This document shows positions 58,863 to 64,000 of a stretch of 64,000 nt of DNA, piece by piece (within the stretch, counting starts at the first letter, position 1; each line of letters starts with the position of its first letter). Position numbers and translations under genes: made by a program. This DNA comes from Abditibacterium sp. (lineage in GTDB: Bacteria > Armatimonadota > Abditibacteriia > Abditibacteriales > Abditibacteriaceae): contig CBDASK010000003.1 of NCBI GenBank assembly GCA_965199495.1, positions 64,001 through 128,000 on the forward strand. The letters are read 5' to 3'. Below the pieces are notes generated by a model. It saw only the letters and a program-made list of their open reading frames with translations. It did no database searches and was not told the origin of the DNA.

Positions 58863-59690
58863 TTACTCGAACTCTTTGAGCGCCTCTTCGCCGACTTCGT
58901 CCGTCCACACTTTGAAGCCGGTTAAGAGCGCGCTGCCGTAACTCGTCGTCAGCGCGCAATCGGTGGCGTCGCGGCCATAGGCCATCACGATGCGACCGAT
59001 GCGGCGCTTGTTGTGGCGCGCGTCCATCGTCCACCAACGGTCGCCCAGATAAACCTGAAACCAGCCGCTAAAATCCATCGGCGCCGTGCTTTTGGGCACG
59101 CCGATGTCGCCCAGATAACCCGTCGTATAACGCGCCGGAATGTTCATGCAGCGACACAAAGTCAGAGCCGTATGCGCGAAATCGCGACACACGCCGACGC
59201 GCTCGGCGGTCACGTCGAACGCCGATTTGGTCGGGCGCGCGAAGGCGTAACCGAAGGTGACTTTTTCGTGAACCCAATTGCAAATCGCTTTGACGCGGCC
59301 CCAACCCGGCTCGGTATCGCCGAACAAATCCCAGGCGAGCGGCACCATCTTGTCCACTTCGCAGTAGCGCGAGTTGAGCAGAAATTGCAGGCACTCGTCG
59401 GGCAAATCTTCGACGGGATGCTGAATTTCGCCCTCGCCGTCAGGGCCGGGCAAACCGCTATCTTCAACAATGCCGTCGGCCCACAGGCGCAACCGTCCGG
59501 CGGGCGCTTTGATGCGCGTGCAGATATTACCGAACGAATCGGTGAATTGATGAACCGGAATTTCTGGTTCGATAAGAGAACGATAGGCCTTTACGTCGCC
59601 TTGACGGTCGGGCTGAATATCGAGCAAAAGGGTCATGGCGACCGGCTCTTTGAGGTCGAATGTGAGATCGTAACCAACGCGAATAAGCAT
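58863..59690 (-). CDS. Transglutaminase-like protein
   Basis: GVCRDFAH, IPARYTTGYLGD, MDFSGWFQVYL, GRDATD. Confidence 0.9.
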   Translation of the reverse strand: MLIRVGYDLTFDLKEPVAMTLLLDIQPDRQGDVKAYRSLIEPEIPVHQFTDSFGNICTRIKAPAGRLRLWADGIVEDSGLPGPDGEGEIQHPVEDLPDECLQFLLNSRYCEVDKMVPLAWDLFGDTEPGWGRVKAICNWVHEKVTFGYAFARPTKSAFDVTAERVGVCRDFAHTALTLCRCMNIPARYTTGYLGDIGVPKSTAPMDFSGWFQVYLGDRWWTMDARHNKRRIGRIVMAYGRDATDCALTTSYGSALLTGFKVWTDEVGEEALKEFE

Positions 59691-59973
59691 GAATTTTCCA
59701 GTGTGAGGCTTGACAGCAGCCACCAGTAACCACCTTTAGAAATAAGTGGCATCCCGCGCGGCATTAAATTTCCTGTCAAGCAAAGTCTATTGCGCCAATC
59801 GCGGTTTAGAAGCCGCGAATTGAACGCGTTGGCGAGTATACTTTCGCCTTGTTAAATCGGTGTTTCGGGAAAATAAGGAACTTATAGCGGGGAACGAGAA
59901 GTTATGGCGAGCGAAGTGTTGACGCCTTGGTTCGCCCGTTCTCCTGCTCCCTTATTCTTGCCTCTATAAAAAT

Positions 59974-60726
59974 ATGTCATATTGTTTAGGAATCAAAACG
60001 CACGAGGGCATCGTGATGGCTTCGGACTCGCGCACGTCGGCGGGCGATCAAGTTTCGGTCTGCCAGAAGATGTATGTTTTCGAGAAGCCCGGCGAACGCG
60101 TTTTCACGCTCGTCACGTCGGGTTCGCTGTCGCTTTCGCAATCGGTGATTACGCTACTTCGTCGCGATTTCGAGGACGGCAAAGGCTTGGCCGCGTGCGA
60201 AGAGATGTATGACGCCGCGCGCGTGGTGGGCGATGTGATTCGCAAAGTGGACGAAATTGACCGCGAGAATTTGGAGCGCGACAAACTGCGCTTCAATGTG
60301 CATTTCATTCTGGGCGGCCAAATTCGGGGCGACGGCCACGAACTTTATCTGATTTATCCGCAGGGCAACCCGCTTTGCTCTTCGACCGACGCGCCCTTTT
60401 TGCAAATCGGCGAAACCAAATATGGCCGCCCAATCTTGGATCGCGGCATCAAATACGAATCCACGACTTTGGAATCCGCGACTAAATACGCTTTAATTTC
60501 GATTGATTCGACCATGCGCTCCAACATGACCGTTGGCCCGCCAGTTGATTTGCTGATTTATCGCAAAGATAGTTTCAAAGTCAGCGCGCAACGCCGTTTT
60601 ACGGCATCCGATCCTGAACTCAAAGATATTCATCTGAAGTGGGAACAATCGCTGCGCAAAGCGATTATCGAACTGCCGCCGATTCATTTCGACGGTTTGG
60701 ATAGCGTGAACGAAAACTCTTTTTAG
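59974..60726 (+). CDS. Anbu-like proteasome beta-type protease
   Basis: MSYCLGI...ASDSRT, LIYPQGN, FLQIGETKYGRPILDR, DSTMRSNMTVGPP. Confidence 0.88.
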   Translation: MSYCLGIKTHEGIVMASDSRTSAGDQVSVCQKMYVFEKPGERVFTLVTSGSLSLSQSVITLLRRDFEDGKGLAACEEMYDAARVVGDVIRKVDEIDRENLERDKLRFNVHFILGGQIRGDGHELYLIYPQGNPLCSSTDAPFLQIGETKYGRPILDRGIKYESTTLESATKYALISIDSTMRSNMTVGPPVDLLIYRKDSFKVSAQRRFTASDPELKDIHLKWEQSLRKAIIELPPIHFDGLDSVNENSF

Positions 60727-60731
60727 AACGG

Positions 60732-61691
60732 TCAAAACAACAGTTCCGCGATGAGTTCGTCGGACAAACCGGCGCGATTGCGCAGCCAATCGCGGAGCGG
60801 CAAGCGCAGTTCGAGTTGATCGTGAAACGAGGGATGGACGACAAATTGCCGCTCTGTGGGCGAGTCGAGATGCAAACAAAAAAGCCGCGTGCCCGCCCTG
60901 ATGTCGGCTTCGTGGCGAACCGGGTCGGGCGTGGGTTCAAAGTAACGCAAGAACTCTTCCCACAGCGCGCTGCGCGGATGGTCGAAGCCGTTGAACCCCC
61001 AGTTATTTTTGTAACCGTAATAGCCAAAATCAATGCGCGCCGCCTCATCGGGCCGCGCGATGACTTTGGCGCCCGCGCCCTTCACGTTGGAGCGTTTCCA
61101 GATGGTATCTAACCATTGCGGGTCTAATTTCCAGGCCAACTGGCTGAGGTTTTCGAGTTCTTGCATATCGCCGCGAGCGCATTTCAAGTGCAACGGGCGA
61201 ACGCCCGGCCCCAGTTCGCCTTCGGGATTAAACGCGAAAGGAATCTGCGCCTGATGCAGTTCCCAACCGAAATCGCCTTCGTAGCATTTCAACGCGGCTA
61301 ATTCCAAAGAGCGTTTGATGGTGTCGTGTTCGCGCTCCAAACAGCCGAAATAATAACAACGGGTCGGCGTTTCCACTTGCTGATCGGGGCCACGAAAGCG
61401 CGCCAGTCCCATGTCGCTTTCGCGCAAAAATACCGCCAACTCGTCCGACATTTCGATGCGTCGCCCGACGTTATCGCGCGTAAGCGCATCGCGCCACAGA
61501 TGTTCCAACGCCGGGCGCGTCCATGCAGCCACGTCGCCCGCATCCATCGAAGGCCACACGGCGAAACGCCATTGCTGTGGCTCATCAAGCGTCGCGTCCC
61601 AGAATTCGAGCGTGTCGTCGCGCACTTCGAGCGTCCACTCGCGCGTTTGCCCCAGAAACGTGCCAGTCGCGGTAAAAGTCGGGAACATCAC
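60732..61691 (-). CDS. Hypothetical protein
   Basis: 319-aa ORF with host-like composition; no motif recognised. Confidence 0.6.
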   Translation of the reverse strand: MMFPTFTATGTFLGQTREWTLEVRDDTLEFWDATLDEPQQWRFAVWPSMDAGDVAAWTRPALEHLWRDALTRDNVGRRIEMSDELAVFLRESDMGLARFRGPDQQVETPTRCYYFGCLEREHDTIKRSLELAALKCYEGDFGWELHQAQIPFAFNPEGELGPGVRPLHLKCARGDMQELENLSQLAWKLDPQWLDTIWKRSNVKGAGAKVIARPDEAARIDFGYYGYKNNWGFNGFDHPRSALWEEFLRYFEPTPDPVRHEADIRAGTRLFCLHLDSPTERQFVVHPSFHDQLELRLPLRDWLRNRAGLSDELIAELLF

Positions 61692-61731
61692 GTCAAAGTT
61701 TAAGCAACACAGCCAAATTCGCTAACCTTAA

Positions 61732-62760
<1,029 letters not shown>

Positions 62761-62761
62761 A

Positions 62762-63024
62762 ATGAGTTTAAAAGGACAAAGCCTTCGTTCTCTGGAACAA
62801 GATAAAAATTCGGTTGTAACGACAATCCGCGCCCAACTAATTTTGGGTTTACCAGCAATACTCGTTTTGTTGCTGTCGGTTACCTTCTGTCGGGATTCAA
62901 CAGCGATGTGCGCTTGTTGGCGAAATTGGCAGCAGTCGCTTCTTGTGTTTGGCTGTTAATCAATTTCCGCTATTTCTACCGACTGTGGCGCATCCGTCGC
63001 GAATTGGCGAGTAGACCCTCCTAA
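62762..63024 (+). pseudogene. Small two-TM membrane protein apparently split by a frameshift
   Basis: MSLKGQ...LILGLPAILVLLLSV from 62762; another frame continues DVRLLAKLAAVASCVWLLINFRYFYRLWRIRRELASRPS* to 63024. Confidence 0.4.
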
Positions 63025-63033
63025 CAATGCCAT

Positions 63034-63744
63034 TCAGTCCATACGCAAATCGCGGATGAAATCGGCTTCGCGCGTCACTTCATCGGGATCGGCGCTAATT
63101 TCGTCCACGACAATCGCTTTGAGCTTTTCCCAAACTTCGTCTTTACCGTCGGATTTTTCCCAGCCCTCGTTGATTCCGTAATTGATTTTCATCACGGCTT
63201 TCGTTGTTTCGCCAACTGAAACGCAATCGGCGGGCAGTTCGACCGCCTGATTTTTACTCCATTTGTATGTCAAATAACAAAGTACAAAGACTACAGCGTA
63301 ATAGAGATAGCTCAGTTCCTGCGTATAATTAAAGAAGAAAGGCCCAGCAGCCAACGATACAGCCACGGCGAGCCAGCACACATTGGCGAGCCAGCACACA
63401 TTGCGCACCCAACGCGGTTTTTCTAATGCGGGCAAATTAACTTGTGCTTTCTCGCCCCATTCCTTCCACATTTGAGGCCGATTGGATGCGGGCAATAATA
63501 CGGCAATCGGCGTCGCGGGCGCGATGGATTGGCGCGGCGCGACCGCCAAGTCAACGAGCGCGCGACGCAGTTGGTAAAACGTCGCGCTACTGGCGCAACG
63601 ACTGGGTTTCAATACGCCGGTTTTAGCGAGAATCAGCGTGTGAAGCTGGCCAACTGTGCTGATATACGAAGCCTCTTCGTCTTCGATTGTGATGGCGAAT
63701 TCTTCTTCGACACGCATCATTAATTCAACAATTTCAAGTCCCAT
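63034..63744 (-). CDS. Membrane protein with two ACP half-domains in permuted order
   Basis: N-terminus LEIVELMMRVEEEFAITIEDEEASYISTVGQL; C-terminus VWEKLKAIVVDEISADPDEVTREADFIRDLRMD; two TM segments between them. Confidence 0.75.
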   Translation of the reverse strand: MGLEIVELMMRVEEEFAITIEDEEASYISTVGQLHTLILAKTGVLKPSRCASSATFYQLRRALVDLAVAPRQSIAPATPIAVLLPASNRPQMWKEWGEKAQVNLPALEKPRWVRNVCWLANVCWLAVAVSLAAGPFFFNYTQELSYLYYAVVFVLCYLTYKWSKNQAVELPADCVSVGETTKAVMKINYGINEGWEKSDGKDEVWEKLKAIVVDEISADPDEVTREADFIRDLRMD

Positions 63745-63766
63745 ACGATTATTTTAATCGAAAAGT

Positions 63767-63899
63767 AAAATCATTAACCACAAAAACGCAGAATTCACAA
63801 AAGGCACAAAAAGAATAAAGAAATGGCTTTATATTCAACCAGTATTTCCAAACTATTTGTGCCTTTTGTGAATTCTGCGTTTTTGTGGTTAATGATTTT
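63767..63899. repeat. Perfect inverted repeat with 44-bp arms, ttaaccacaaa type
   Basis: 63767-63810 / 63856-63899. Confidence 0.9.
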
Positions 63900-63918
63900 G
63901 ACTTTTGGGTTTTGTGGA

Positions 63919-64000
63919 TTACGCCAACTCAATCGAAAACACTTCGACGGCGCGCGATTCGACATCGAACAACGCAAACCGAGCGTAGTTTCATCGCGCG
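63919..64000 (-). CDS. Possible 3' end of a gene entering from the right edge (metallophosphoesterase-like tail)
   Basis: YARFALFDVESRAVEVFSIELA*. An in-frame TGA lies just upstream, so continuity is uncertain. Confidence 0.25.

Overview
GC-rich bacterial chromosomal window. The DUF1559 prepilin style and gene content suggest Abditibacteriota or Armatimonadota (inference). The left end holds a translationally coupled three-gene locus: a HEAT/ARM-like protein (5'-truncated), a SWIM zinc-finger protein and a retron-type reverse transcriptase (NAxxH, YADD, VTG). This matches the type XIII retron architecture, and its only internal non-coding gap is filled by a perfect 96-bp-arm palindrome. The rest mixes housekeeping genes (mutL, mutM, glnD, queG, gdhA, trpS, tRNA-Leu-CAA, MoaB/MogA, TrmH) with accessory genes: tandem APC permeases, a LacI-DUF1559-GH115 cassette, an SbcCD-like pair, two large secreted beta-helix proteins, GH2, an orphan N6-adenine methyltransferase, a NYN-LOTUS protein, a CHASE2 kinase, transglutaminase plus Anbu, and a split ACP-like membrane protein. 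Structure not explained by the gene list: (i) about 12 long REP/REPIN-like palindromes whose symmetry extends into unique flanks and whose arms appear homogenised; (ii) the octamer CAGCCACG at about 40 copies counted by eye; (iii) an in-frame REP insertion and a stranded old C-terminus in the methyltransferase; (iv) altered catalytic motifs in MutL (NQHR) and SbcD (GAAD); (v) many apparently leaderless genes. All calls come from reading motifs by eye; no searches were run.
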